From Octopus sinensis (lineage: Eukaryota): 64,000 nt of DNA. The stretch lies in the NCBI RefSeq assembly GCF_006345805.1, contig NC_043005.1, forward strand, positions 86,490,001 through 86,554,000, in the 5' to 3' direction. Under the pieces are notes generated by a model. The model saw only the letters and a list, made by a program, of their open reading frames with translations. It was not told where the DNA came from and searched no databases. The translations under genes and the position numbers were made by a program. Positions 12,940 through 26,180 of this stretch are shown piece after piece (the first letter of the stretch is position 1; each line of letters begins with the position of its first letter).

Positions 12940-14400
12940 TTAGGCCTCGTAATGGAGGTCATTCCGGGTGCTAAGCCTTCGCTTCTGGGCCATAAAGAGG
13001 TTATAACTGGGCACTGAAACAACAGTTCAACCATTCACAAGTGGAAGTTTAATATTTCGACTTTTGCCAAGGCCTTCAACAAAGTTCATTCCAGGGTCAC
13101 CAACTAAGTGACATTCGTGTTGCTGCAAAATTAGGAAAATGGATGCATGGCTTTTTATAAAGCAGCAGTCAATGGTGGTATGTCTGCGGAGGGATCAATT
13201 TTGAGCAGAGTCCCAGTTTCTGGTGACTCTCTCAGGTTCTCCCAACTATACAGTCAAGATGGCTCACAATCTATGTCAATGATAGAGAATTATTACAGGC
13301 GGTCAGAAAGATTTGAGTGCAATATCCAAGTGAACTAATGAAAATAACAAGCAGTTCAATGCTGAGATGTTTTAATCACTGCACTCTCGACCCACAGACA
13401 GACTACAATCGGAATTCATAGAACCATGGGATTGGGCAATTCCAGGATCAGTGTGTGACCTGGGAATCCATATCAGAAACGATGCAACGTCCCATGTGCT
13501 TATTGTCAAGATTACCTCTCTACAGGCGAGAAGGTGGATGGATTCTGAGAATATATAAAAGCATATACAAGGATATACCATGCCGCTTTTATGGAGAAGT
13601 TTCGCCCTCAGCCGTCTGGATTATTGTTCCCAACTGCAGAGCGTCATAATGGTGATGGAATTTGAGGCAATCCGGCACTACTACACAAAAAGACTAACTC
13701 GGTGAAACGGAAGAGCTACAGGGAGAGGCTTAGGGAACTGGACTTCTGCTCCTTGGAAGGAAGATGCAAAAGCTAAGCAATGATATACATATCGAGGATT
13801 GTCGAATGTCTTGCTCCCAACTTTGAAAACGAAAGATATAACAACCACCAAAACGGACGGCACTGTATAGTAACACAAACCACGTTTTCTCCATCTAGAA
13901 TAAAGACCCAGTTATGTAACAGATTTGATTTCAAGGGTCCACAACTATTCACACACTCTGCCAAACAATCTCTAAGATCTGTGAGGGGCAGATGTAGAGA
14001 TTGTCAAAGAACGTCTGGACAAACTTTTATGCAAAATAACACATGAAGCGGTATTGCATCAATAAGGCGGCGAGCTGGCAGAAACGTTAGCACGCCGGGC
14101 GAAATGCTTAACGGTATTTCACTTGTCGTTACGTTGTGAGTTCAAATTCCGCCGAGGTTGAGTTTGTCTTTCATCCTTTCGGGGTCGATAAATTAAGTAC
14201 CAGTTACGCACTGGGATCGACGTAATCGACTTAATACCTAGGTCTGTCCTTGTTTGTCCCCTCTATATTTAGCCCCTTGTGGGTAATAAAGAAATAGGTA
14301 TTGCATCAATGGATACAAAGAGGAGGAACTCCACTCAATTCGCTATTTCAGCAGAAACAGCAAAGTAGAGGGACCCGAACACGCTGAATGGCAGCAGTGC
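12940..14400 (+). mobile_element. Fossil LINE reverse transcriptase C-terminal region (CR1/L2/Jockey-group), split by a SINE
   Basis: Frameshifted motifs DFAKAFNKVH, GKWMHGF, DLGI, GWILRI, LAPNFENERYNNHQNGRHCIV..IKTQLCNRFDFKGPQLF; related to 22290-22620. Confidence 0.8.
14064..14300 (+). mobile_element. SINE family A, full length, with 13-bp TSD
   Basis: Head AAGGCGGCGAGCTGGCAGAAACG, tail AAAGAAATAGG; TSD GTATTGCATCAAT at 14051-14063 and 14298-14310. Confidence 0.95.
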
Positions 14401-14704
14401 TGCAGCATTCACTCAGCCTCAGGCCGCAACATATCTGTCTCATCTAAGTTATGTATATGCTTGTGTATGTTTAATATATATTCTTATACGTGATGTATTT
14501 ATATATTTATATATATACATAGGCTTCTTCGTTTTGAATCCAAAAGACTTTTACATCGATGGGATTAAAAAGCTTGTAAATAGCTGGAAGCCATAGATAA
14601 TCAGGGAAAGCTCATTGATTATTAAATTTCAATTAAATACATTTGACTACTTGTTTTCTTTATTCAAAATTCGAACAGAACTGATGGACAGAACATACAT
14701 ACAT

Positions 14705-14865
<161 letters not shown>

Positions 14866-14879
14866 CAACAGATGCTGAG

Positions 14880-15083
14880 ATGCAGCACGGACTTTGTCAG
14901 GGAACAGGTCGCGGATTTTAGCGACGAAAATATTTTGACAAATTGAACTTAAATGTTGAAGTGAATCGAACGGCTTTTGTGTGTTTCTTAAATGGCTTAT
15001 AAACACCTTCCACGCTGCAATTGTTTTCGTTTCAGCACACGATCTCAGATCAAATTACTTGCTATGCGAGTACATCTCCGTAA
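14880..15083. mobile_element. Half copy of the long-TIR MITE found at 58089-58393
   Basis: Aligns to the reverse complement of 58089-58293; terminus ATCTCCGTAA followed by TA. Confidence 0.7.
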
Positions 15084-16149
15084 TATATGTATATATATAT
15101 ATACATATATAGCCCAGTGTATAGGGTGTTGCACTCTGATAATAGCAAGATCGCAGTTTCAATTTCTAGACTGGATGGCGTATTGGGTTCTTGAGCAAAG
15201 CACTTCATCTCATCACGCTGCTCTGCGATCAATTTAACGCCTGACGTGTGGTACATCGTACACCTATTCAGGTAACGTCGATATGATGGAGAGAGTGAAC
15301 TAATCGGCAGCACGAACACTTTTCACCTTACATAAATACTTCGTGGCTGACCGTTCGGCAAAATTTAAATACTCATATGCCGTCTTCGAGGGAAGAGTTC
15401 ATCATTATTATATAAACAAATATCTATATACATTTTGAGGGTACAGATGGATACGTACGGCACACACATACACACACATACCTATCTATTATAACTGCAT
15501 CACAATTATTCACAATAATCTTATTCACCTTTTTCAATGCAGATCCTGTCTAAGCTACAAGAGCATAAAACAGTATATTGCGCATGCAGACTACAGCACA
15601 AACACCACAGTTCCAGTAAATCTATATGATGTGCTGTTCTATCTGAATGAGAAATGCACTTCAGGCTAACAATTTTCACTGCTACATGGAATGATAATCG
15701 CTAAATAAGAATTGTTTCTTTGAATTAAATTGCTAATCTCATAATCAAGAGAATTTCTTACCGAGAGTGGTATATTTTAAGAGTTATGTTCATTAACCGA
15801 CATGTTGAGACGTCGGAACAGAGCAATTAAGCTCGTGATAAACGTGAACAACTTACTTGTATATGCATAAATTTCCCTGGAAACTATACCGGGAATAATA
15901 ATGCAAATGTATTGTGAAGGTGTACACTTAATCGCAAGGATACAGAGACAAACTTGTCAATTATTTTACGTAATACTGGTGGAAAGTAAATGGAATTAAT
16001 GCGAGTAGGATTTGGAATATAAGCGAGAAGGAAGATTGCTTATATTACGAAATAAATAGTTTTATTCTCTACTTCCATAACTGTTTATTTACAGTTTGAC
16101 TTCATTTGACTAAATATTGAAAAGCCACCATTACGCACGTGCATTTAAT

Positions 16150-16578
16150 CTTTTATTCGTTTATTTGCTTCAGTCCTTTGACTGCAGCCATGCTGGAGCA
16201 ACGACTTGAAGGGTTTTATTCGAACAAATCGACATGAAGAATTATTATTTAAAGCTTAGTACTTATCCTTTCGGTGTATTTTGCCGAACTCCTATGTTAC
16301 GGGGATGCAAACACACTAGTACCGGTTGTCAAGCAATGATAGAGGACAAACGCATGCACAAACAAACATGTACATACATACATACACACACATATATGTA
16401 TATTGCATATACATATACGACGGTATTCTTTCAGTTTCCTCTACCAAATCCTCTCACAAGGCTTCGGTCCGCCCGAGGCTATGGTAGAAGACACTTGCCT
16501 AAGCTATCCAGAAGTGGGACTGAACTCGCCACCATGTGGCTGGGGAGCAAGCTGCTAACCACAAGGTTACACCTGCAC
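16150..16578 (-). mobile_element. SINE family C (tRNA-like head, central TA/TG microsatellite)
   Basis: Reverse complement matches the intact copy at 52115-52510. Confidence 0.85.
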
Positions 16579-16639
16579 TTATGTAGATTTATCAGTATAT
16601 ATGCATGCATATATACACATAAATGATAGAAAATAGAAT

Positions 16640-16821
16640 GAGCGACATTCTTCATTTAAAATGGCTACAAATGTTTCGACGCATTTTTACAACTTTACTA
16701 CGTTGACAATACGTATCCAAAAATAGGAGCATTCTCAGTGTAGGATGACATCAAGTAACCAATGATTGGAGAAGAAATTCTCAAAATACACTACAAAATT
16801 TAACCGAATCTTATTTCATTA

Positions 16822-16902
<81 letters not shown>

Positions 16903-17115
16903 TATATAATACATATATATATATATATATATATAATACATATATATATATATATGCATATCCAACAACAATTAAAAGGTTGCAAGATGCAACGATAATT
17001 TTAGAAAAATAAATATATAAATGAGAAGAAATTATACCGGTGAGTGTGTTAAATTAAATGGCACTAAGAGAGAATGACTCTCCCCAGACATAACAAATTA
17101 TGCTTCAACACACAA
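16640..17115 (-). mobile_element. Probable PLE-derived repeat with degenerate HHR (16665-16743); 16978-17100 is shared with 54490-54610
   Basis: Minus strand CTACA-CTGAGAA-..long stem II..-GAAAC-ATT-TGTAG; shared block TTGCAAGAYGCAACG...AATGACTCTCCC.AGACATAAC. Confidence 0.4.
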
Positions 17116-17319
17116 ACTCACATAAAGAATCTTCGAAACCAAATCCAAAAACGTTTGTGTGAATGTTTGTGTGCGTGCGTGTGTGTGTGTACATATGTAC
17201 ATACATATACATATATGTATAGAACGGTGACACTGCTCGTGCTCGGATTTGGTTTATCCGTTCCCTTAATGATGTTTAAATCTGACGCGACTCGGAAGGC
17301 GAAGTCGGGAATGGAACAG

Positions 17320-18110
17320 TCTCGTGCTATAATTGCATGGCAGGGCGGGTCGTATTATTGATGAGAATTGACTTCTTTTTACTTCTTCATGTTTTCTCCT
17401 CTCCTTGAAATGAATTCCTGTTCGCCAGGATGGACGGTCGGCGGCATCTGTTTCCCAGGTGTTAGGGCGGCGAGCTGGCAGAATCGTTAGCACGTCGGGC
17501 GAAATGCTTAGCGGTATTTCGGCTGCCGTTACGTTGTGAGTTCAAATTCTGCCGAGGTCGACTTTGCCTTTCATCCTTTCGGGGTCGATAAAATTAAGTA
17601 CCAGTTAAGCAGTGGGGTCGATATAATCGACTTAATACCTATGTCTGTCCATGTTTGTCCCCTCTATGTTTAGCCCCTTGTGGGTAATAAAGAAATAGTT
17701 GTTAGGGATGATTCTGGCTTGAAGGCGGGAAGACTTCAGTTACACTTTGAATCTGCGTTTTGGGTCTCCTCGATGCCGTTTGCTGTTCATGAGCTTCCTG
17801 TTTCAGGATTGTCTGCAGGTGTTGTGGCGTGGTCATTCAGAGGTCATGTTCTCCCCAGCCGAGGTGATACTTGAGGAGGGCAACATCAATGCCCAACATC
17901 TTAGATCGATTGAGGATTTTGTGGAACGTCGGTTTTTCGTGCGATGGTTCTGCCATTTGATATGGAGGATGCACCGAAGTTTGGCTTCTTGGAAATGCTC
18001 AAACTTTTTCGATATAGGATCCATATCTAGCAAGCGTGTATTCATCAACCATAGGCTCACCTTTCCTACCAAAACCCATGGTGCTCCACCCTGTTGTCAT
18101 TTCCACATTT
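17320..18110 (-). mobile_element. Fossil RTE-clade LINE, RT C-terminal region
   Basis: KKFEHFQEAKLRCILHIKWQNHRTKNRR...SIDLRCWALML resembles the RTE pattern LERFHQRxLRxILxIxWQD..TN..VL; split by a SINE A copy. Confidence 0.75.
17465..17699 (+). mobile_element. SINE family A with 8-bp TSD
   Basis: Full head and tail; TSD TGTTAGGG at 17460-17467 and 17700-17707. Confidence 0.95.
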
Positions 18111-18284
18111 GCATCTCTGTCTCTCTCTCTCTCTATCTCTCTGTCTCTCTCTTTCTGTCTCTCTGTCTCTCTCTCTCTCTGTCTCTCTGTCTCTCTTTAT
18201 TTATATATATATATTTATATATCCCCTAACCAGGACTCTTATTCTACGTTGGTAAATAAACTATATATATATATATATATATAT

Positions 18285-18321
<37 letters not shown>

Positions 18322-18389
18322 TATGTGTATATGTATATGTATATGTATATATATATATGCCTACATACATATTCATATATATATTCGTA

Positions 18390-19200
18390 TACAAGTGAGT
18401 GTCAAAATTTATATTCACTTGTTTTTTCAGAGTATTTATACAAAAGCAGGGGATTTTCTATATAGTCATTTTTCTATATAGTCTCCTTCCTTTCCAAGGT
18501 TCTTCGTCCAGCGGTCCACAAGCTTGCGTATTCCCTCCTAAGAAGAAGGTTTTCGGTTGGTCGTGCAACCATTTATGCACCGCTTCCTTCATTCGTAAGA
18601 AATCGACGACGTCGTAAAGCATTTTTGAGCGGTCTAAAGATATGATAAACGGGGTGAGATTTGGAGTGAACGCAGGATGTTCCAGCACCTCAAAACCGAA
18701 TTAGTTAATCGTTTCAACAGTCTGGGCGGCCGTCTGTGTTTGTGCACTGTCATGCAACAGCAAAGCATTTTTCGACCGCAAACTTCGGCGTTTGGTACGA
18801 ATTGCTGGCTTCAGTTTATTGGCCAGAAAAGAATTAATCTTTGCACTGATGATCGTACATCCCTTTTCGAGATTGTATTCCAGTATAAGCCTTTTTGAGT
18901 CCCCAAGATGAGTTCGCATTACCCTTCCCAGGGAAGGCTGAGCCTTAAATTTCTTCGTCGCTGTCGAGCCAGAATGTTTCCTCTCCATAATCTGTATTTT
19001 AGGTTCTGCCACGTAATGATGAATCCACGTTCCATCTCCTGTGACTGCTGTTTTTCTTTTGTTTTTTCTTTGGTGCACACTGCTTGCGGAGCAGCCATAC
19101 TTACACTGTAATGCCAGAAAGAAAATTGGCGCGATCAGGCTCAACCTTCGATCAGTAACAACAATATCAGCAGTAAATGTCGAACGACGAGAATGAGTGC
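18390..19200 (-). pseudogene. Fossil mariner transposase (mariner/Mos1-like catalytic domain)
   Basis: VTGDGTWIHHY..EPK..KKFKAQPSLGRVM..LLLHDSAQTQTA and LEHPAFTPNLTP..KEAVHKWLHDQPKTFF; TIR-like TACAAGTGAGTGTCAAAATTT at 18390; stops, frameshifts and an internal deletion. Confidence 0.9.
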
Positions 19201-19519
19201 TCAAAACCATATTAGTGTACAGATTCTCTTTATTATAGTGTTAAAGCTACCATTGGTTTCTTGTTAAGAAAAATATTTTAATACCTTAAAAAATTTTCAC
19301 GCTTATCACAAGAAGGACTGGTGCTTGTCTCCTTTTCGGATGAAAACATGAATTCTCGAGAATTTGCAGAAAGTCTCGTAAAGAAAACGATAAACCCAGA
19401 GTTACTACCCTTGGATATGTATATCCGACAATGTATTCTTTTATGATTTCAATTGCTTCCGTCATTAGATTGAAGAATTTTAGTGGGATAAAATGACACC
19501 ATTACTTCTCTAAATTTTT

Positions 19520-19775
19520 AACCCAATAACTTATTCTGCTGATCTTTTCCGAATCAGTAGGATACGTGGACGTAAACACAGTGACACTGGTTGCCATAGA
19601 TGGCGGATAAACACACACACACACACCGGTACGAATGCCACCTCTCAGCTGCGGTCTACGATATCTGTCCACAAAGTATTGGTCGGCCTCGGGCTATACT
19701 AGAAGACATTTGGTGAAGCTGCCACGCAATGGTATTGAACTCGGAACCATATGGTCTGGAACCATGCTTCTTACG
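19520..19775 (-). mobile_element. SINE family C, degenerate
   Basis: Similarity to 52115-52510. Confidence 0.7.
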
Positions 19776-19982
19776 ATGCTGAATCTCGGCTTTTGATTCA
19801 CTCTGTTGCTTCTATCAAATATTAGTGATAATAATACATGTACTTATATATCTTAAGTTCTATATGTAAATATGCGTTTGTTTGTGTGTGTATATATATA
19901 TATGTATGTATGCGTTTGTGTGTGTGTGTATGTACGACTATATGTATCTATGTATATATGCATATATAAATAAATATACATA

Positions 19983-20025
<43 letters not shown>

Positions 20026-20114
20026 GTATATATATATTAATATATGAATCTACACATATATGTATAATATACGTGGGTACTTATGTAAATATATACATAC
20101 ATACATACAGACAG

Positions 20115-20157
<43 letters not shown>

Positions 20158-20696
20158 CATACATACCTATACATACACTCTCACACACACCCATATGTAT
20201 ATATAAAGATATAACGTGTCAAAGTGTTAGTAGCCTGTGGGGATTCATTCGTTGAAATTGTGTTAACAAAACCAATGGGAGAAGTTTTTTTGATTTATTT
20301 CAGCTGCACAACTTTTTCTTTTGATTCTTTTTGCTAAACTTTAAAATAAATGTAGTTCTTGAAACTAAACTGAAGTTTCTAGAGCTTTCATGTTATCTGT
20401 AGGGAGGCCGACATTCAAAATCATTAAAACAGATATATATCACATAAATTACATACGCAAATAGAACATAAATAAATGAAACCACTTTTTTTCCATTTGG
20501 CACAAGACCATACGCTGTGGTGGTGGTGGTGGTGGTTAGATACTGTTTTATAGACAGAAGTGGAGAAGTAGCGCGTATAAATAATACAACTGGCCTATCG
20601 AAGATTTACTTAAACCAATCAATTGGGATGGCTCCTTACACTAAATGCTTCGAGGTGTTATCCACGTCTCTCATCTAATCTATTTATCTGCCAGAC

Positions 20697-20736
20697 TAAT
20701 AATAATAACAACAATAATAATAACAACAATAATAAT

Positions 20737-20794
<58 letters not shown>

Positions 20795-20825
20795 TTAATA
20801 ATAATAATAATAATATTAATAATTA
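20697..20825. repeat. (AAT)n microsatellite
   Basis: Direct reading. Confidence 0.97.
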
Positions 20826-21000
20826 AAGGGAGGTTATGCAGTTGTGCTCGATGCAAAAGGTGTTAGTAGTACTAATAATTGTCGGAGCCCTGGTAACAGT
20901 GAGCAAAAATATGGAGATGTACAGGGAACAAATAGGAGCTGCAATGTTATGGAGAGTATTGTCTTCACAACTCTTTATCCGGAACTTCTGTTACCCTAGA
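20826..21000 (+). mobile_element. R4/Dong-like LINE 3' fragment (RLE domain)
   Basis: REVMQLCSMQKVLVVLIIVGALVTVSKNMEMYREQIGAA aligns to the 51366-51722 ORF; starts right after (AAT)n. Confidence 0.7.
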
Positions 21001-21606
21001 CTAACTGCTGGCTGACTGTTTTACGTGGGCACGTCTTTACTTTTATCTGTATCACAGAAATGAGATAAATTGCTCGAAGAAAAATATGAAATTCATTTAT
21101 TGAAGTAAATAACTCTCAGCGGAAATTATAAATTAAAATATATAATAATGTCACAAAGTTGAAGGAAAATTTGGGTAAACAATTTTGGTAAAGTATATAC
21201 TTACCGTTTATAGAAGTTAAAGCTATCAAAATCTTCAACATAAACAAGTCACAGCATGCTTTTGAAAAATACGTTTAGTAACAACGCCCAAAAAAGAAGA
21301 TATTCCAAAAGGCAGCATCAGAAATGCAAGTCATAATTATACAAGTGAAAATGCAAAGCTAATAAAATTAAAGATGGCCGCAAGCGCAAACAGCAACACT
21401 ACAGGAATAAACTACAGAAATATGGAAGGAATTAAATGACATAAAAATCAGAAAATCGCGTAATCCGAAAACCAGCAGTAAAAGTGTTTATAACATAATT
21501 AGCTGCACGAGACTCTAGAATCACCGACAGCAAATAAATGTTGAAATAAAACGTAAAGGAGCACACAGGCAACACACAGGCATTAAACATATTTCCTTTT
21601 CTAAAG

Positions 21607-21693
21607 TTAGTCGCAAATGCAAAACAGCAATAGAAGATATAAAGGCGCCGATAAACGACCCTTTTCAAAATAACCACAATTTCCTCCAAGAAG
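21607..21693 (+). other. Candidate isolated 87-nt exon (phase 1-1)
   Basis: Acceptor ATATTTCCTTTTCTAAAG, donor AAG/GTAAGA, open frame xSRKCKTAIEDIKAPINDPFQNNHNFLQE; no recognisable homology. Confidence 0.25.
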
Positions 21694-22289
21694 GTAAGAA
21701 AATTAGGGAAATGCAGTCGTTCTTCTCTACCACAATGTTAAACGATCATTACGATCATGGCTTGCAAGTATTGACTGAAGCTCCATTGATCTGAGATGCA
21801 CAGGAAAAATAATCCCGCCTAAAAGATATTTTACCAGTCTTTCTTGATTTTGCGAAAAGCCAGAAAGACTGAGTAAAACTAAATGGCGTCGTGATCTCAC
21901 TAAATAATTAAAACTATAAAAGACCAATATAACTTGTTAGTGCTGTTGCAAATATCAATATTTGAAACAGTATTAACAGAATACAATAAAAAGGAAAGTA
22001 GGCCAAAATATAACAGTTCAATAAAACCAAGAAAAACCAATCATACTAGTATTAAACAAAGCCACCAGTGTTCTCTGTTCGATATGGTTTATCAACGATA
22101 TTGCCAGTTCACATATCCATTGTAGGACTTGTAATATAGTTCGGACAGCTACACAGAAATAGTTTGTTTACTGTTCTCAGCTGTGGTTGCCGTAGGGTGT
22201 AGAGTTGGTGGCTGAATTTGAGGTGATTCTGTGCCACTATGCAGGGAAAATTGATGCGATGCAAAAGAATAGCAACCGGTAGAAGCTAA

Positions 22290-22620
22290 AGTAATTGAAG
22301 CTCATCTCTCTAGAGAGAAGGTGCAAAAGATACGCAGTGATACACATATTGAAGATTTTCGGATGTCTTTCTCATAATTATCAAATTGAAAGCTATAACA
22401 ACCATCGACCTGGACGGAACTGCATAGTAACAAAGATCGCGTCTTCTCCATCTAGAATAAGGATCCTGCATTGTAACAGATTAGGTTTCAAGGGATCATA
22501 TCTATTCAGCACTCTACCAAACAATCTCAGTGATCAGCGATTTGTAGATGCGGAGGTTGTCAAAGAACGTCTCGGAAACATTTTATATATGAGATACCAG
22601 GTGAAAATCCTCGTGGCAGG
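22290..22620 (+). mobile_element. Fossil LINE 3' fragment, same group as 12940-14400
   Basis: LISLERRCKRYAVIHILKI...YNNHRPGRNCIV...IRILHCNRLGFKGSYLFSTLP. Confidence 0.8.
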
Positions 22621-23494
22621 AGGCACAACCAAGTGCAAATCCGTCCATCTCGCTATTTCACCTGAGAGAGTAAAAAAGAACCCAACCACACTGAAAGGCG
22701 GTGTTGTGGTTAAAACCAGTGACAGATATAACACAAAAGACTCTCTGTTCATACTTCAATTTTGGTTATTATCCAAAATGACCAATATTTTTGTTGATAA
22801 CTGTTGTTTCTGCTTCCATTTCCTAACCTTTAAGTTTTTTCATATTTAATATGTTTTCTATAGGCTATTGTTTTCTATAGGCTTCCCTATAATTTAAAAT
22901 TATTACTTCTAAACACACCCACATGGATCTGAAAACGATTATCACCCTTACAATAACTGGCCACCAGAGGACAGCAGTTGCCTGATTATACCCTGATTTA
23001 TAAAAGTTAGTGCTTCGATACTATTGGAATGTGTTGTAGCGGAATATCCGCAAGCTCTTATTGCCAGGTTTCAGCCCAAAGAGTTATAATATTTTATTAA
23101 TGGGTCTAGTGATCTTCAGTCTCTTCTACTCTTTCTCTTTTCCTACGCTGAGACTGCTTATCTAATTTTTTGAGGCATTGTAGGGGGACGTAACTCATGT
23201 TAGCAAACTTACGGATTTCACTGACGTACAAATTGGTAAAAGTTATGGTTGAAAAGCTATTTTTACCGCTATCCTGGGGTGCCTCGAGGGAAAAATAATT
23301 TGAAAAAAGGACAGCGATGATCGTGACCAATGTCCTCCTAAAATTGGAGCGACATGCGTGCTAATTTGTGAATCTGCATAAAGTACATTCACGTACACAC
23401 ACACACACACACACACAAACACACACATCCTGCCTTTTATAGATATACATTTAGGTCATAAAATTAACATTCATCAAAGTGCTATATTTTACGT

Positions 23495-23948
23495 TTTATC
23501 CTTTACTCGCTTCTGTCACTAGACTGCGGCCATACTGGGGCAGAGTCTTGAAGAAATTTGACAGGAGGAATCGACTCCAGTACTTAACTGTTTTAAACCT
23601 GGTACTTATTTTATCTACAGTTTTTACCCGAACTATTTTATGAGGACGTAAACATATCAACACCGGTTGTCAGTTCGTGTTGTGAAATAAACTTGGAAGC
23701 TATTAAATTAGATGATAAATGAAACGTAAAAGAGAAAACGACATGTATTTATATATGTAAATATTATATATATGTATACATATATATGTGTGTATGTAAG
23801 TATGCATGTATATGTATATGTATAAACATATATAAGTACAGACACAAATACAATGCAATAATGGAAGGCACGTGTCCAGGCACCACGCTGTAGGACTGAA
23901 CCTAGAACGATGTAGCTGGGGAGCAAACTTCTTACCACCAAGCCTCGA
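23495..23948 (-). mobile_element. SINE family C, degenerate
   Basis: 3' half at 23495-23690 and head at 23860-23948 around a TA/TG tract. Confidence 0.6.
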
Positions 23949-24131
23949 CTAGTTATACCTACGAATCCTTTTCAGACGACCGCTTTTGGTGGTTTTACTC
24001 ACTCCAGACACCAAGCCGTTATTTGTATTAGAGACACGAAATTTATATTGGACCACAGAATGTTTACTGGAATCTATTGGACTCTCTATGTATATTTTCA
24101 ACAAAATGATGGGAAGAATACATGACATCAT
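23949..24131 (-). pseudogene. Possible Penelope GIY-YIG endonuclease N-terminal remnant
   Basis: SKHSVVQYKFRVS..KTTKSGRLKRIRRY loosely resembles the PLE pattern SxVVYxFxC..YxGxT..LxxRIxxH; weak. Confidence 0.3.
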
Positions 24132-25138
24132 CTCATTATATTCATGTCAATGATACGCACTACCGGAATTCAGTAGAAAATATATTTGTGTTGAGTGTTC
24201 CTAATACCAAGTTAAAAAATTATGTGTGAAATAAGATAAACTAAAACATAAAATTCAACGTTCAACATAGAACAGGTGATGGTTTCATATGCTTGCTTGA
24301 TATCACGCGTTCTACTCAGAATGAGTTGATTTTTCGGTTCTTCAAGAGAGAAGCAAAACGAGATATCATTATACGTCACATTCTTCACGCGGACAGCCAC
24401 AGAGTAGTATCAACGAAAATTAAAATGGGAAAGAGAGAAATAATACGAATGCAATACAGAAAGAGAGAGAGAGAGAGGGGGGGAGAGATAAGGTGGGAAA
24501 ACGGGAAGGAGAGAGAGAGAGGAAATGCAAAGAGACATACAGAAAGAAAGGAAGCGAAAGAAAAGCGCGACGCGAAAAGCAGGAAGCAAATGACAGAGTG
24601 TATCCATTACGATCTGCTATTCTACAAATCGCAAATGGAAGTTGGTTATGTCTACTTTTTACTAGAACAGAGAGAGAGAGGCAGCGAGAGAGAGAGGCAG
24701 CGAGAGAGAGAGAGAGAAGGCATATATGTTTTACGCTTTTAAACCGAATTACACTTTTCCATATATTTCTATAATGTGTTAGCCTTATATTCTAGTTATC
24801 TGCCACAACACAACACCAAGTCCCACGCAGACATGTGCACTGATAGAAATATTGAGATAAAAAGGTTTATAAAATATATGAAATCCTAATAAACAAATAC
24901 GTATTTTAAAGGTACAAATACAATATTATTTTATTATATAGCAACCTATTTATCATACTGATCAATACCTTATCGATATATCAATACTAAATAAATAACA
25001 CAAACTCACAGAATGTATAATACAAAAGAATGCAAGCCACGCAAAATAGATACCAAAGTAAAAAAAAGGAATATAACTAAAATTATGGAGATATCGATGG
25101 TGATGAAACCGATAATAATAATAATAATAATAATAATG

Positions 25139-25523
25139 GTTTCAAATCTTGGCACAAGGCCAGCCAGTGCGGAAAATCGATCAAATCGATTACGCCGACC
25201 TCCAATGTTATTTTATGTACCCTGATAGGATGAAAGGCAAAGTTGATCTCGGCGGAATTTGAACTCAGAACGTAAAAACATACGATATACCTATTTCTTT
25301 ACTACCTACAAGGGGCTAAACACAAAAGAAACAAACAAGGACAGACAAACGAATTAAGTCGATTACATCGACCCCAGTGCGTAACTGGTACTTATTTAAT
25401 CGACCCCGAAAGGATGAAACGCAAAGTCAACCTCGGTGGTATGTGAACTCAGAACGTAGCGACAGACGAAATACTGCTAAGCATTTCGCCCAGCGTGCTT
25501 ACGTTTCTGCCAGCTCGCCGCGT
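25139..25523 (-). mobile_element. Composite SINE (family A fused to a headless second SINE body)
   Basis: Junction AAAGAAATAGG/TAT..CG..TGT..TTACGTTCTGAGTTCAAATTCCG near 25290; same junction at 43955 and 63790. Confidence 0.85.
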
Positions 25524-25524
25524 T

Positions 25525-25810
25525 GAAGAACATAGATATTACCATACACAGGGATACACACGTGCACCACAAAAAAACTGGAAAAGATGGAGAAATACAG
25601 AATGATAAAAGACGAAATAGCTAGAATGTAGACAATAAGAATAGTAGCTGTTATCACATTAGTTGTAGGGGCGTTCGGAGCACTAACAACCACCTTTGAG
25701 AAATATGTTGGAGAAATTGGAATTGGTATGAGAGCGGAGCAGACCCCCAAAATACTAACCTCTTAGGGAAAACCATGATTTTGCTAGTGGTCTTTGGGTG
25801 TTAGGTGCCT
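25525..25810 (+). mobile_element. R4/Dong-like LINE RLE fragment
   Basis: IDIT...KLEKMEKYRMIKDEIARM*TIRIVAVITLVVGAFGALTTTFEKYVGEIGI. Confidence 0.75.
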
Positions 25811-25833
25811 GCCATGTTACCGTCCAAGTTAAC

Positions 25834-25910
25834 AAAGCCCGTGGGCATAGTCGTTAAGAGCGCGGGCTACTAACCCCAAGATACCGAGTTCGATTCCAGG
25901 CAATGACCTG
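25834..25910 (+). mobile_element. tRNA-like SINE head followed by (AAT)n
   Basis: GGCATAGTCGTTAAGAGCG (A box/D arm-like) and GAGTTCGATTCC (B box); acceptor stem does not pair; related to 36801-36855. Confidence 0.7.
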
Positions 25911-26117
25911 CATAATAATAATAATAATAGTAATAATAATAATAATAATAATAATATATAATTAAATAGAAGGATAAAGTCTATGTAAGAATTTATCAAG
26001 TAGTCAGCGTGAAAAAGCAGTTAAGGGATAAATTTATACAAAATATAATTACTTTATTCCCTCTTAGACACCATTATTATATTAAGGACCATACTACACG
26101 TAAATGCCTCACGCTAT

Positions 26118-26180
<63 letters not shown>

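Noticed and set aside
18701-19210. Active mariner transposase gene
   Set aside because: Internal deletion, frameshift and motif-breaking substitutions (DGTW, HDSA); only one TIR recognisable
23030-23085. FN3-like GLKPGNKSLRIFRYN on the minus strand
   Set aside because: Bounded by stops on both sides and no splice sites; likely chance
25834-25910. Functional tRNA gene
   Set aside because: Acceptor stem does not pair and the T stem is broken; followed by (AAT)n, so a SINE head
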